Below are positions 1 to 10,330 of a stretch of 64,000 bases of DNA, one piece after another (position 1 is the stretch's first letter; each line of letters opens with the position of its first letter). Location of the stretch: assembly GCA_965198005.1 (NCBI GenBank), contig CBDAOI010000003.1:64001-128000 (forward strand). Reading direction: 5' to 3'. Source of the DNA: Spirochaetia bacterium (GTDB lineage Bacteria > Spirochaetota > Spirochaetia > SZUA-6 > Bin103). The notes beneath the pieces are model-generated. The model saw only the letters and a list, made by a program, of their open reading frames with translations. It was not told the origin of the DNA and did no database searches. Made by a program: the position numbers and the translations under genes.

Positions 1-122
1 CAGTGGCACGCCGGATTGCAGCCACCCGGAGCCCTCGGGAGTAATCCTGTATATCCCTCTCGAAGGGCGCTCCACCAAACCAGCGCCCCGTAGATCCTGC
101 AGGATATAACCGTGACCCGCTA

Positions 123-1280
123 GTGTCCTGTGTCGAAAGTGCTTGAGCAGTAGATTCGGGTTGTGATACGGTCTGCCGTAGACAGGAGGCGGGCTATGGC
201 AAACCACTATACGAGAGAGCTTCCCGAATTGTCGCAGGAGCAGGAGCAGGAGTTGCAACGCTGGCTGCGTCGCAAGAAGACAGCGCAGGCGCTGGCCCTG
301 CGGGCGCGGATCGTGCTGGAGAGTGCCAGCGGCAAGAGCGACCAAGCGGTGGCGAGCGAGCTGGGCACGACGCGCGCCACGGTCGGCAAGTGGAGGAAGC
401 GGTTCCTGTCCGACGGCTGCGATGGGTTACTGGACGAACCGCGTCCGGGAGCGCCGCGCACGGTCTCGGACGAGGACGTGGAGCGGGTCGTGACGCGCAC
501 ACTGGAGACGCTGCCACGGGGGGCGACGCAGTGGAGCACGCGGTCGATGGCCAAGGGGTGCGGGCTGAGCTTCGCGACGGTGGGGCGCATTTGGCGTGCG
601 TTCGGCTTGAAGCCGCACCGCAGCGAGACGTTCAAGCTGTCGACAGACCCCTTGTTCATCGAGAAAGTACGCGACATCGTGGGGCTGTACCTGCATCCGC
701 CGAAACGAGCGGTGGTGCTGTGCGTGGACGAGAAGTCGCAGATCCAGGCGCTGGAGCGCACCCAGCCGGTGCTGCCGCTACGACCGGGGTGCCGTGGCGG
801 CAGACGCACGACTACCATCGGAACGGAACGACCTCTCTGTTCGCGGCCTTGAACGCCGCGACCGGGAAGGTGATCGGCAAGTGCTACCGGCGGCATCGCT
901 CGGTGGAGTTCAAGAAGTTCCTGCGGATCATCGACCAGGCGGTGCCGGCGGAACTGGATGTACACTTGGTGCTGGACAATTACGGAACGCACAAGACAGC
1001 GATGATCCATAACTGGCTGGCACGCCGGCCGCGGTATCACTTGCACTTCACGCCCACGAGTTCCTCGTGGATCAACCAGGTGGAGCGCTGGTTCGCGGAG
1101 ATCACGCAGAAGAGGATTCGGCGCGGCTCGTTTCCCAGCACGCAGGCACTTGAGCAGGCGATCAGGGAGTACTTGGCGGTGTACGATGAGGATCCGAAGC
1201 CGTTCGTTTGGACGAAACGTGCTGACCAGATACTCAAGTCACTGAAAATCTACTGTCAAGACATTTCTGACACGGGACAC
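123..1280 (+). mobile_element. IS630-family insertion sequence
   Basis: Terminal inverted repeats gtgtcctgtgtc / gacacgggacac, with TA flanks inside CTAG at both ends (120-123, 1280-1283); encodes an IS630 transposase. Confidence 0.93.
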
Positions 1281-1283
1281 TAG
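196..1283 (+). pseudogene. IS630 transposase, frameshifted near 786-790
   Basis: AGGAGG RBS; HTH region and [10 protein letters not shown] in one frame; [23 protein letters not shown] and [11 protein letters not shown] in another; the frame switches at CCGGGGTG. Confidence 0.88.
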
Positions 1284-1410
1284 TGTGTCGTATGGCACCC
1301 CTGCAGAGTTCGCCACTTGCCACTTGTTCGTAGATCGCCGTTCTCCTGCACGGCTTGCCGTCTGCCAGCGCTTCTAGCTAGAGCGAACCGGCACTTTTCC
1401 GTGGCGCTAA

Positions 1411-3322
1411 GGCCCGGCGCAAGTATAAATCCCCGTAGATAGACGCAATCAAGCCGTTACGCATAGGCTGGGTGGTTAAGATGGTCTGTGGAGGACGGCT
1501 TTTCGGGGCGTTTCTGTTGGCTGTCGCCGACCTTTGTGGCACTATTGCGATCATGTTATTCGTAATGGTGTCACAATGAGACCTCCCCAGTACTCCACCA
1601 CGGCGCTCATCGACCTGTTTCATCAGCAGACCGTCGCCGCGCTGCCCGAAGTGATGGCGGCACTCGGCACACCCGCCCGCCGCACCGCGTTCCGCAAGCT
1701 CAAGGAACTTCCCTACCGCACCAGCTACTCCCATCGTGGCCGCTACTACACCCTTGATGAGCTCATCGACTTCGACCAACACGGGCTGTGGTCGTTCCAC
1801 GACGTGCGCTTCTCGGCCGCCGGCACCCTGCTGGCCACCGCCGCGGCGCTGGTCGACGACGCTGCCGCTGGACAGTTCAGCGAGGAGTTGGACCACCTGC
1901 TGCACGTCGGCACCCAGGATGCCCTGCGCAAGCTGGTCCAGGAACGCAAGCTGACCCGCCACAAGGTTGCCGGTCAGTTCCTGTATTGCGCCGCCGATGG
2001 CACGCGCAAGGCGCAGCAACTGAGTGCTCGGCGCGCCCTGCTGGCCGCCCCCGGGCTGGTCGGACCGATACCGGATGCCGACCTCGTGCCCGCAGAACTG
2101 CGCGCCGCTATCGTGCTGTTCGCCAGCTTGCTTGACGAACGCCAGCGCCGCCTGTATGCCGGTCTGGAATCGCTGAAGTGCGGTTGGGGCGGCGACACCC
2201 GCATCGCCGGGTTACTCGGTATCGACGCGGGTACCGTGGCCCGAGGACGCCAGCAACTGCTCGCCCAGGAGGTCGAGCGCGAACGCGTGCGCCGCCCCGG
2301 TGGCGGGCGGCCTGCCCTGGAAAAAAAACGCCCAAGGTGATCGCCGCCATCGAAGCGCAGCTCAAGTACGATGTCGCCGGCGATCCCATCACCGGTATCC
2401 GCTGGACCCACCGCACCACCGAGAAGATCGCCGCAGAACTCGCCACTGTCGATATCCAGGTCTGTCCCAGGACCGTGGCACGCATCCTCAAGGACCTCGA
2501 CTATCGGCTGCGCGTCAACCACAAGCGCGTCTCGGCCGGCTCCGGCCCAGACCGCGACCCGCAGTTCACCTACATCGCCTCACAGCGCGTGAAATTCGCC
2601 GGGCGCGGCCTGCCGATCATCAGCATCGATACCAAAAAGCGCGAGCTCGTCGGTAATTTCAAGAATCAAGGCCGCGCCTGGGGACAGTCTCCCCAAGCCG
2701 TCAACGACCACGACTTCCGCTCCCAGGCTGACGGCATCGCCATCCCCTACGGCATCTACGACGTCACCGCCAACTACGGCTTCGTCGTCGTCGGCACCTC
2801 CCACGACACCCCCGACTTCGCTGCTGACAACCTGCTCAGATGGTGGCAGCGCGAAGGCCGCCAGCGCTACCCCGGCGCCTCCGAACTGTTGGTCCTCGCC
2901 GACTCCGGCGGCAGCAACGCTCCCCGCGTACGCTGCTTCAAGTATGCCCTCCAGACCCGCCTCGTTGACCCGTACCACCTCAAGGTCACCGTCTGCCACT
3001 ACCCCGGCGGCGCCTCCAAGTGGAACCCGATCGACCATCGCCTGTTCAGCGAGATCAGCAAGAACTGGGCCGGCCACCCGCTGCGTAGCTACCAGACCAT
3101 CCTCAACCACATCCGTACCACCACCACGGTCACCGGGCTGCGCGTGCACGTCGAGTTGGTCGACCACGAGTATCACCGGGGCGTCAAGATATCCGATGCC
3201 GAGTTCGATTCCATCGCCCTCAAACCCCACGATACCCAACCGCTCCGCAATTATTCGATCTGTCCCCGGTCTTGAAGAGCACAACAGCACCCCAAAATCG
3301 GCACTTATTCTTGCGCCGGCCC
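1411..3322 (+). mobile_element. ISAzo13-family insertion sequence
   Basis: 18-bp inverted repeats (ggcccggcgcaagtataa / ttattcttgcgccggccc, 2 mismatches) flanked by TAA on both sides. Confidence 0.9.
1576..3275 (+). CDS. ISAzo13 transposase (two ORFs joined by probable -1 frameshift at A8, 2321-2328)
   Basis: LDERQRRLYAG...RVRRPGGGR in ORF1; GDP..RWT, ISIDTKKRELVGNFKN, DSGGSN and SKWNPIDHRLFS in ORF2; slippery AAAAAAAA in the overlap. Confidence 0.88.
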
Positions 3323-6058
3323 TAAGGCGCGACCAACCATCGGATGTTCTCCCAGGACCGCTACCGCTTCTTCCAAGACCGCCAAGGCTCCGTCCCTATC
3401 ACACTGATATTCATCTAGTAACACCGCGTGGGCCACCAAACATTGAAGAGTGAGGGCACGAATGCCCCAGGGCAGCGTCTTCTCCACAATCCGCCGGTAG
3501 CGGGCCGAAGCATCGACCGGGTCGAAATCCTCACGACGCTGCTGTGCGGCCCAAGGGCCCATGATGAACCCGGAATAATCAGAGAATTCAATGTTACTCG
3601 GTTTCAGCCACGTCGCTCGTTCGCCCGCGTCAAGTTCATCGAGTTCGTTGATGACGCGCTCAAGTCGCGCTACGGACGCGAGCCCCGTGCTTCCGACGTC
3701 AAAAAGCATACCGAACAGGCCGCCAGCGTCGACGGATCGTTCGAAATTGGCCACACGCTCCAGCAAAATGTCGTTGCTTTCGACCATGGTCTTCAAGCGG
3801 ATCAAGCGAGCAAACCAGTTTTCAAGATAGTTCGCAACACCCACAGTGCCGAGCACGGTAAGCAACGCTATCTCTTCAAGGGCACACCTCTGCTTGCCTC
3901 CTGGCATGACGCTGATCTCCTTGAATAGTGCCACTGCAACATCGGAAGCCACGTCTTCGTCGCCGGCGCCGGCCGCCAGTTTGAATTGGGCGATCCGTAC
4001 GATTGCTGAAGTCGAAGGATCCGCGCCGTAAATCGGTACGTCGGTTCGTAAGAAGCGAAAGAGCCATAGGTGTTCTGCCAGCGCCTCGAGTGCGCGGGAG
4101 TCCTGGGACATCACAATCCGCGCAAGTACGACCATGCTTTGCGGAGACTTGCCTGCAATCGCATGCGTCATTATTTCCATAAACTCGTTCGCATCTATCG
4201 TACGCTTTCTGAGCGTCTCGACTGCAATGGTCTCATGGATGCGCTCTTGCTCGTCGAGAGCCAGTGTCTTACGCCCTGAGCTGCTCACAAGTGGTGACAC
4301 TCGAAACAGATCGTTGCCGACGGCTTCGATCCACGGCCCGACTAGCTGGTCCATACTTTCACCGGGTAGGGCCACCGCCGGAAAAACGTCGCCAATCATC
4401 AACGCTAGTGTCCGGTTGAAGCTCCCGACCGTAAGACTTAGACGATAGAGCAGCCTTCGCGTTCCTTCTGGAAGCGCAGACACCAGGCTTCGCCGTGCTG
4501 CGTCGCGCGTGGCGTCAATGCCTTCGGACGACAAGACAAGCCTAATGATGTCCTCAACCTCTTCATCTGGCCATTCGCGAGTCGCCATCCCCGCTACGAA
4601 AGCGTGCGTAAGTTGGGGATGACCGCTAGCTCCTGCAATGTAGGCGACGCGACTCCATCTGTCGGGATCGCCTCCGTTGGCACGCACGACCACGCGGACT
4701 TCGTCCTCAGAGAAGTATGGGCAATCGACGACGCAACATTCCCTCATACCCAATTGAACCAGCGCGTTCAAGGAGGGCCTCCGGTAGCACGTGATGAGCA
4801 CCTCGCTGAAATTGCGACATGAGGCCTCAATGACACGAGCAAGCGAAATCACCACCCGTGCGTCGTCAATATAATTCAGGTCTTCCAGAATTAGCGTTGA
4901 CGCTTTCAGGCCTCCTATGCGGGCAAACACCATATCAAGCAAACGACATATTTCTTCAGCTCTACTGTTCATAAAATGCACGATGCAAAAGCCCCCGCCC
5001 GGCGCGCCAGCGACCGTTCGCGACACGATGGACTTGCCAACACCGCTGCCACCGACGAGAATACCAACGTGAAAGTTTCTGAGAACGTCCGCCAGTGAGG
5101 ACTCCACATCGGCCCGTGTGATCATCCCCCGTAAGACAGGGAGCGTGGTCCCCTCAATCACCCATCCGTTTTCCGTAGTAGAAGGAGGATTGTCGGGTTC
5201 CCCGTCACCGATAAGCGATGGCGTCAAACTCGAGGCAAGTCTAGCAAGAACGTCAACCCTGGCTTGCGGTACGGAAGTTCTGCTCGCCGCATCAATCGTG
5301 GAGTAAAGGTCGGCCCTCGTAAGAACGCGATCCTCGAGCTTCTCGATGATAATTGTTTTCAGCACTCGATAGACGAGGTGGTCGACTACCCGCCGGGCCT
5401 CTGAAGCGGGAAGTCGAAAACGTTCGCGTCCCAAAACGACCATACGCTTTTCGAGTTCTTGGCGAAGCGTCGCAAAATCAGGTTGACCGCAGTCCCAGTG
5501 TATCCTCCTGATGAGATCCCGGCGGAGTTCCGCATCATCGCGCACGCTGGAGAACTCCCTTACAGTTTCCGGGAATCTGTCGCTTTCCAGTATCTCGCGG
5601 AGTGGCGAAATGTCCAACCTCTCCGCCCGGCCAGCGGCGTTTCTCCAATACTCCAGTCCGGGGTCCCCATCGGGACGGTCAGCAACAGCGTGCTCGGTCC
5701 CTATCTCCGACGTCGTAAAGAAACGGAGGTCGACCTCAAAATTGGGATTTCGCTCGACAAGATCGACAAACGCAGCGACCGCTGCCTGGATGCTTGGGCT
5801 ATTCAACGTAACCGTTCCGGATCTTTCCGTGTCTTTAACCTGAACGGCGCGGAGTGCCCGATCCGCTACGGTAGCATAGTCTTCCGCTACTTCAAGAAAA
5901 ATGCGACCGTGCTCGTTGATATCGACCCAGGCAAGCGCCGTCGCCAGTATCTGATACGCATAACCGCGGAGCGAGTCGACTGCTTGGCGTGCGGTGTCAC
6001 CCTTAGGGACAGCGTCGGTGGTGGCGCCCGCATTGAAAAGGTCGTCAGTTTCCATCAT
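3305..6058 (-). CDS. Cap4/PD-(D/E)XK-like nuclease fused to STAND NTPase (Avs-like), C-terminally truncated by ISAzo13
   Basis: N-terminal SLRGYAYQ...EVAEDY...QVK nuclease pattern; Walker A GGSGVGKS; Walker B LILEDL; GHPQL (GxP); helical C-terminal region. The last residues (GPAQE*) come from the IS inverted repeat. Confidence 0.75.
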   Translation of the reverse strand: MMETDDLFNAGATTDAVPKGDTARQAVDSLRGYAYQILATALAWVDINEHGRIFLEVAEDYATVADRALRAVQVKDTERSGTVTLNSPSIQAAVAAFVDLVERNPNFEVDLRFFTTSEIGTEHAVADRPDGDPGLEYWRNAAGRAERLDISPLREILESDRFPETVREFSSVRDDAELRRDLIRRIHWDCGQPDFATLRQELEKRMVVLGRERFRLPASEARRVVDHLVYRVLKTIIIEKLEDRVLTRADLYSTIDAASRTSVPQARVDVLARLASSLTPSLIGDGEPDNPPSTTENGWVIEGTTLPVLRGMITRADVESSLADVLRNFHVGILVGGSGVGKSIVSRTVAGAPGGGFCIVHFMNSRAEEICRLLDMVFARIGGLKASTLILEDLNYIDDARVVISLARVIEASCRNFSEVLITCYRRPSLNALVQLGMRECCVVDCPYFSEDEVRVVVRANGGDPDRWSRVAYIAGASGHPQLTHAFVAGMATREWPDEEVEDIIRLVLSSEGIDATRDAARRSLVSALPEGTRRLLYRLSLTVGSFNRTLALMIGDVFPAVALPGESMDQLVGPWIEAVGNDLFRVSPLVSSSGRKTLALDEQERIHETIAVETLRKRTIDANEFMEIMTHAIAGKSPQSMVVLARIVMSQDSRALEALAEHLWLFRFLRTDVPIYGADPSTSAIVRIAQFKLAAGAGDEDVASDVAVALFKEISVMPGGKQRCALEEIALLTVLGTVGVANYLENWFARLIRLKTMVESNDILLERVANFERSVDAGGLFGMLFDVGSTGLASVARLERVINELDELDAGERATWLKPSNIEFSDYSGFIMGPWAAQQRREDFDPVDASARYRRIVEKTLPWGIRALTLQCLVAHAVLLDEYQCDRDGALAVLEEAVAVLGEHPMVGRALGPAQE

Positions 6059-6243
6059 CGTAGATTCCTGAACCTCCATAGTACCACGCCATGATGCGCT
6101 GTTGTCGATGGGCAAGGGGGCGCTGCTCACGCAGTCGTAGACTTCCATATTCTCGACTGTGGACCGCGTATTCTCCATCGTCCTACGGAGTCGAGCCGGC
6201 ATCAGCGGGAGCCACACTATCCTGACTAATAATCCGCCAGCGC

Positions 6244-6576
6244 CACGCGCCCGGGGTCGTCCTCCGCGCCAGACGCTTCCTGCGCGGTGAGTTCTTGCAC
6301 ACCGGCGCGAATGGTAGTGCGCGACATCCCGGTGGCGGCCGCCTCACGCGCAACCCCGCCGCGCCCTATCCAGCGTGCTTCGACGGCCGCCCAGCGGCGG
6401 CGTAAGCGTTCGTCGAACAACGGATCAAGGGCAACGATGTCACCGACGATTGTGGTGCGGCCACGGATGCAGCCCGACCACCCGTCGTCTCGCGTAGCGG
6501 GCGGCGGCGGGACCATCTGCGCGGCCGGCTTACCGAATGGCGTGACCAGCACCTTGCGCCCCTTGCGGGTCGGCAT
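6244..6576 (-). pseudogene. Chimera of Phd/YefM-like antitoxin fragment and ISAzo13 transposase N-terminal fragment
   Basis: VLVTPFGKPAAQMVPP...GCIRGRTTIVGDIVA fused to LDPLFDERLRRRWAAVEAR..GRGG...TGMSRTTIRAG. Confidence 0.65.
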
Positions 6577-6776
6577 GGTATCTTTGGAGCGTTCGGGAGG
6601 TCTGGGAGATGAGCCGGCGGGAGCCGACGCTGCAGGACGTGCTGGGCGCTGTAGAAGGGCTGCGGAGGGAATTCCGCGGCGAGATAGCGGGGTTGCGGTA
6701 CGAGTCGGGGATAGGCATAGACCTCAATCGCAGTTTCTGTGAATTACGCCGCTAACTCGCTACTAGGAGATATACC

Positions 6777-8645
6777 GTGCACTTGAGTCATCAACTCGTA
6801 CGTTGGTCTGTCGAGAGTCTTCGAGAGAACTGTCATCCATTTGTCGGAATTACATTCTTGGCGAGTAAGCGGGCGAGTATTCCTATAGGGTCCACGAGAG
6901 AGTTAAGGCTCGACTCGGTAACGAGGCATCATTTGGAAGAGCATCATCGGTTGGACCCAAGTAGCGAGTTGTTTTTCCAGCCGTTCAAGAGCAATAGGGA
7001 TTCCTTTTGGGTGGCGTCCAACTACCCGTCGTCGGGTTTGCACGCGATCAACAGGCAGACGTTTTCCCAGGCCTTCTTGCCTCGACTTCGGCGTAGTCGT
7101 AGTTGGGGATTCGCTTTGAACTACGTCGAGGCGATTGGAGAGCGTATTGCCGGATTGGGGGGATACAGGCCCGCGTCAATGGTTGCCTTGGCGGTGTGGC
7201 TTGGAAAGGAAGTGGAGTGGCCGGACGACGCGGATATTGATTCTGTCGTTGGTTGGTTTCGAAGGGAGTATCGCTTATCGGCGGAAGAGGTCGACGGCCT
7301 GTTCGACTCGTCTATCGCTCCGCCTACCGCCCGCATTGTGGAGGATATTGTCGATCTTAGGGCAGTCGCGTATGAGTTTGGTCTGCCTGCGGATGCGCCC
7401 GGTCTGATCGAGGGCACAATTCGGTCTATTCGCCTTAGTGATGTGGGACCCGCTAGGGAGCTACGTCTCGACTTCGGACAGAGACTTACAATGATCGCCG
7501 GCGACAATGGTTTAGGGAAATCGTTCCTTCTCGATGCTGTTTGGTGGGCTCTTACCGGTACCTGGGCGGGACATCCGGCTTACCCCTTCGCCAAGGCGGG
7601 ATCGGCCGCACCTGCAATTGAATACACAATGCGAAGTGTTGCGGGTCGCGACATCGTCATAGAGAGTCTTTTTCAGCGGAATACGTATTCCTGGATCTGC
7701 TCGCATGACCGCCCGTCAGTCGCTGCTCTGAGTATCTACGCCCGTGTGGACGGCTCCCTCGCGGTCTCTGACGAGACGCGGGGGAAATTACAAGTCGGCA
7801 CCGCGACACACTTGAGTTCGTTTACGGCCCGGGAGCTCTGGGACGGCAAACCTGGCGAGATAGAGGGTCTCGTTCGAGACTGGGTGACATGGCAGCTTTC
7901 GACCGACCGTAGCGCTTTCGATATGCTCTCTCGTCTGCTGCAACATCTATCACCCGAAGATCTTGGTTCGCTCGTCCCGCGTGACCCGGTCCGCATTCCT
8001 GGTGATCCTAGGCTCATTCCCACTCTTGGGCACGCTTACGGTGACGTTCCGGTTGTTTTCGCCTCCGCCAGCGTACAACGCATACTTCTTCTTGCATATT
8101 TGATCATATGGTCATGGCGTGAACACGCTCTTGCATCGGAACAAGCTGGTGTGAGTCCTCGGCGCAAAATGGTCATAGTCGTGGATGAACTTGAGGCACA
8201 TCTTCATCCAAAATGGCAACGCCTCGTACTACCCGCGCTCATGTCGATCGGCAAGGTGCTAAGCAAAGAAGTCGAGATACAAATAATTGCCGCCACACAT
8301 TCCCCGATGATTCTCGCTTCGGTCGAGCATGAATTCTCTGATGACTCAGATTTGCTCGGGCATCTGTCCTTGAAAGACGGAGTAGTTATTCTCGAACGGC
8401 TCGATTACTACAAATATGGTGACGTGTCAGCGTGGCTGACATCTCCCGTATTCGGGTTGTCACATGCTCGCTCACGGACTGCTGAAATCGCAATCGAGAA
8501 GGCCAAATCTCTGCAGCTCGCGGAGGCTCCCCCATTGGAGGAAGTTCGCAAAGTGACGTTGCATCTGAAGAAGCTATTGTCGCCGGACGACGCCTTTTGG
8601 TCGCGTTGGATCTATTTCGCACGACAGCTTGGAGACCCAATTTGA
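6777..8645 (+). CDS. ABC/AAA_21 ATPase (PtuA/Septu-like) with extra ~200-aa N-terminal domain
   Basis: AGGAGA RBS; IAGDNGLGKS Walker A; VVDELEAHLHPKWQR Walker B/D-loop; ATHSP switch; followed by an HNH gene. Confidence 0.85.
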   Translation: MHLSHQLVRWSVESLRENCHPFVGITFLASKRASIPIGSTRELRLDSVTRHHLEEHHRLDPSSELFFQPFKSNRDSFWVASNYPSSGLHAINRQTFSQAFLPRLRRSRSWGFALNYVEAIGERIAGLGGYRPASMVALAVWLGKEVEWPDDADIDSVVGWFRREYRLSAEEVDGLFDSSIAPPTARIVEDIVDLRAVAYEFGLPADAPGLIEGTIRSIRLSDVGPARELRLDFGQRLTMIAGDNGLGKSFLLDAVWWALTGTWAGHPAYPFAKAGSAAPAIEYTMRSVAGRDIVIESLFQRNTYSWICSHDRPSVAALSIYARVDGSLAVSDETRGKLQVGTATHLSSFTARELWDGKPGEIEGLVRDWVTWQLSTDRSAFDMLSRLLQHLSPEDLGSLVPRDPVRIPGDPRLIPTLGHAYGDVPVVFASASVQRILLLAYLIIWSWREHALASEQAGVSPRRKMVIVVDELEAHLHPKWQRLVLPALMSIGKVLSKEVEIQIIAATHSPMILASVEHEFSDDSDLLGHLSLKDGVVILERLDYYKYGDVSAWLTSPVFGLSHARSRTAEIAIEKAKSLQLAEAPPLEEVRKVTLHLKKLLSPDDAFWSRWIYFARQLGDPI

Positions 8646-9253
8646 TCCATGTACAAGAAATGCCAGAATATGCGGAGTTCGATGCTCAAGTAAGGCAACC
8701 GGGATTGCAGTTCTTGAAGACATGTCCCAGTCCTACGTCATCAGAATTTAAGAAAAATAGTTACTGGAGAAGGGCGAGTAAAGAGTTGCATGCGGCATAT
8801 CGGAATCTGTGTGCATATACTACACGGGAATTGGTAATGACCGGAACGATAGATCATTTTAGGCCGAAATCGAAGTACCCGAGGTTGGCCTTTGACTGGA
8901 GCAACTACAGGCTAGCTCGCCAGGCTATCAACATGAGGAAGGGAGATTCCGAAGATGTAGTTGATCCGTTCATGGTGTGCGATGGTTGGTTCACCCTCGA
9001 TATGCCTAGTTGTCTCATCAAACCGGGGCGATGTATCTCACGAGAAATACGGAAGACAATTAACGTCACAATCAATACGCTAAGGCTGAATGGCGATGAG
9101 CATTTGGTTCAAGAGCGTCATGGCCTGCTCGTGAGTCTAGCGGATGGACACATAACCTTGGAATACCTAGACGGTCACTACCCATTTCTTTCTTCGGAGG
9201 TGAGGAGACAACAGGTGTATGATTCGTTGAAGCTGATATTCTCACGAGAATGA
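8642..9253 (+). CDS. HNH endonuclease (PtuB/Septu-like)
   Basis: CAY...TIDHFRPK..YPRLAFDWSN...N..KG motif; TTGA overlap with the ATPase stop. Confidence 0.82.
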   Translation: MIHVQEMPEYAEFDAQVRQPGLQFLKTCPSPTSSEFKKNSYWRRASKELHAAYRNLCAYTTRELVMTGTIDHFRPKSKYPRLAFDWSNYRLARQAINMRKGDSEDVVDPFMVCDGWFTLDMPSCLIKPGRCISREIRKTINVTINTLRLNGDEHLVQERHGLLVSLADGHITLEYLDGHYPFLSSEVRRQQVYDSLKLIFSRE

Positions 9254-9435
9254 GGGATGACGACGATACGAGCGCACGATAGAGCGGCTGTCTGCCGACT
9301 TGGCCACATCCCGTGTATCAATTGGGTGCGGCTCTTTCAAGACGACCTACGAAGGTCGGAAGTTGCATGCCGAGGAGCTTGCCTTCGCGGCGGGATCGAT
9401 CGCCCGGTAGCGCCTGCCGGCAGCCCGGCTCCATT

Positions 9436-9660
9436 TACCAGGTTCGGTTCGGCGGCCGTATGCCAAGCGGCACCGCTTCGCTCGACACCACCACCGTCTC
9501 ACCGTCGATTACGGCCGACGCCTCGACATACTGCCGGTCGTCGCCGGCGACCTCGAACCAGTCGGGCGGCTCCCCGTCGCGCGTCATCAAGCCGTCCGCA
9601 TGGTCGAACCTGAGCACGACCGCAGCGTCCCGCTTTGCCATCGACCGATATGAGGGGCCG
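9436..9660 (-). pseudogene. Sialate O-acetylesterase C-terminal fragment
   Basis: GPSYRSM...VVLRFDHADGL...WFEVAGDDRQYVEASAVIDGETVVVSS; overlaps in sequence with 11161-11263. Confidence 0.7.
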
Positions 9661-10239
9661 CAGCGCACCCTGATGATTCAGCGCCAGCAGTCGGCGGAGC
9701 ACGGCATCATCGTCAGCCCGCTGCCCGACAGCTCCGAGATCGCCGGCATGATTGCAGCGGGCCGTGCACTTCCCGCCGCCCGGCAACACCGCGAGCTGGG
9801 CCTACAACTGGGGCACCTGGCTGCGCGCCGACCGCGAGATCCGCCTCGGCAGCAACACGCCACCGCGTCGCGGTAGATAGCTTGGCGCTCCGCGATGCCC
9901 GAACGCTCTGGCCGTGATAACCCGGTGCCTCGGGCCGTGCCATAGGAGCCGATCGCGCCGGCCGGTTGCCGTGTCGGGGCCGCGGCACGGTCACTCCGTG
10001 ACGCCAGAGACCATGAAACCCGCTACGCACGGCTTGACCATGCAGACATGTGTCTGGCAGTGTGCGTGTATGTCCACCCACCCCACGGTCGAAGCCGGTA
10101 GTGACCAACTGCACCCGGAGCGGCTTATCATTCCGGGAGCGGCGTGGTGGCCATGGTGGCGTCGCCCACCAAGGCCTCGAAGTTCGACCTGTCGGGGCCG
10201 CCGTCGTCATGGGCACGGTCAAGGTCGGGCGCCGAGAGC

Positions 10240-10330
10240 GTTTCCCGAGGAACGTATCCAGCGTGTGTACGCTCCCGATACCGAAAAAGCTGACGATATT
10301 CTTGAGATAGTGGAGGAATTGAGAGGATGA
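10240..10330 (+). pseudogene. C-terminal remnant of an upstream partner gene (probably HD-domain phosphohydrolase)
   Basis: ERIQRVYAPDTEKADDILEIVEELRG* with ATGA overlap to the YwgA-like gene; the identity is inferred from the usual HD-YwgA pairing. Confidence 0.35.

Larger units (their letters stand above)
1..1407 (-). pseudogene. Mrr N-terminal (winged-helix)-like gene fragment, interrupted by IS630 and two short duplications; runs off window start
   Basis: Removing IS630, one CTAG (1374-1381) and one CCACTTG (1313-1326) gives a continuous frame: ...ALEALADGKPCRRTAIYEQVANSAGVPYDTLAGHGYILQDLRGAGLVERPSRGIYRITPEGSGWLQ. This matches the Mrr_N pattern L..AGL.E.P.RG.Y.IT..G. Confidence 0.6.
6244..9311 (+). 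repeat. Block duplicated (near-identical, with two deletions) at 25125-27524
   Basis: Direct sequence match from cacgcgcccggggtcg to ggccacatcc. Confidence 0.95.

Noticed and set aside
780-800. Programmed frameshift in IS630 transposase
   Set aside because: Only GGGG is present, with no clear slippery heptamer; a 1-bp deletion or sequencing error is more likely.
6777-9253. Retron (Ec78-type)
   Set aside because: No RT gene or msr-msd-like structure found adjacent.
9670-9740. DDDAVLRRLLALNH resembling the C-terminus of type IIG restriction-methyltransferases
   Set aside because: Too short to call.
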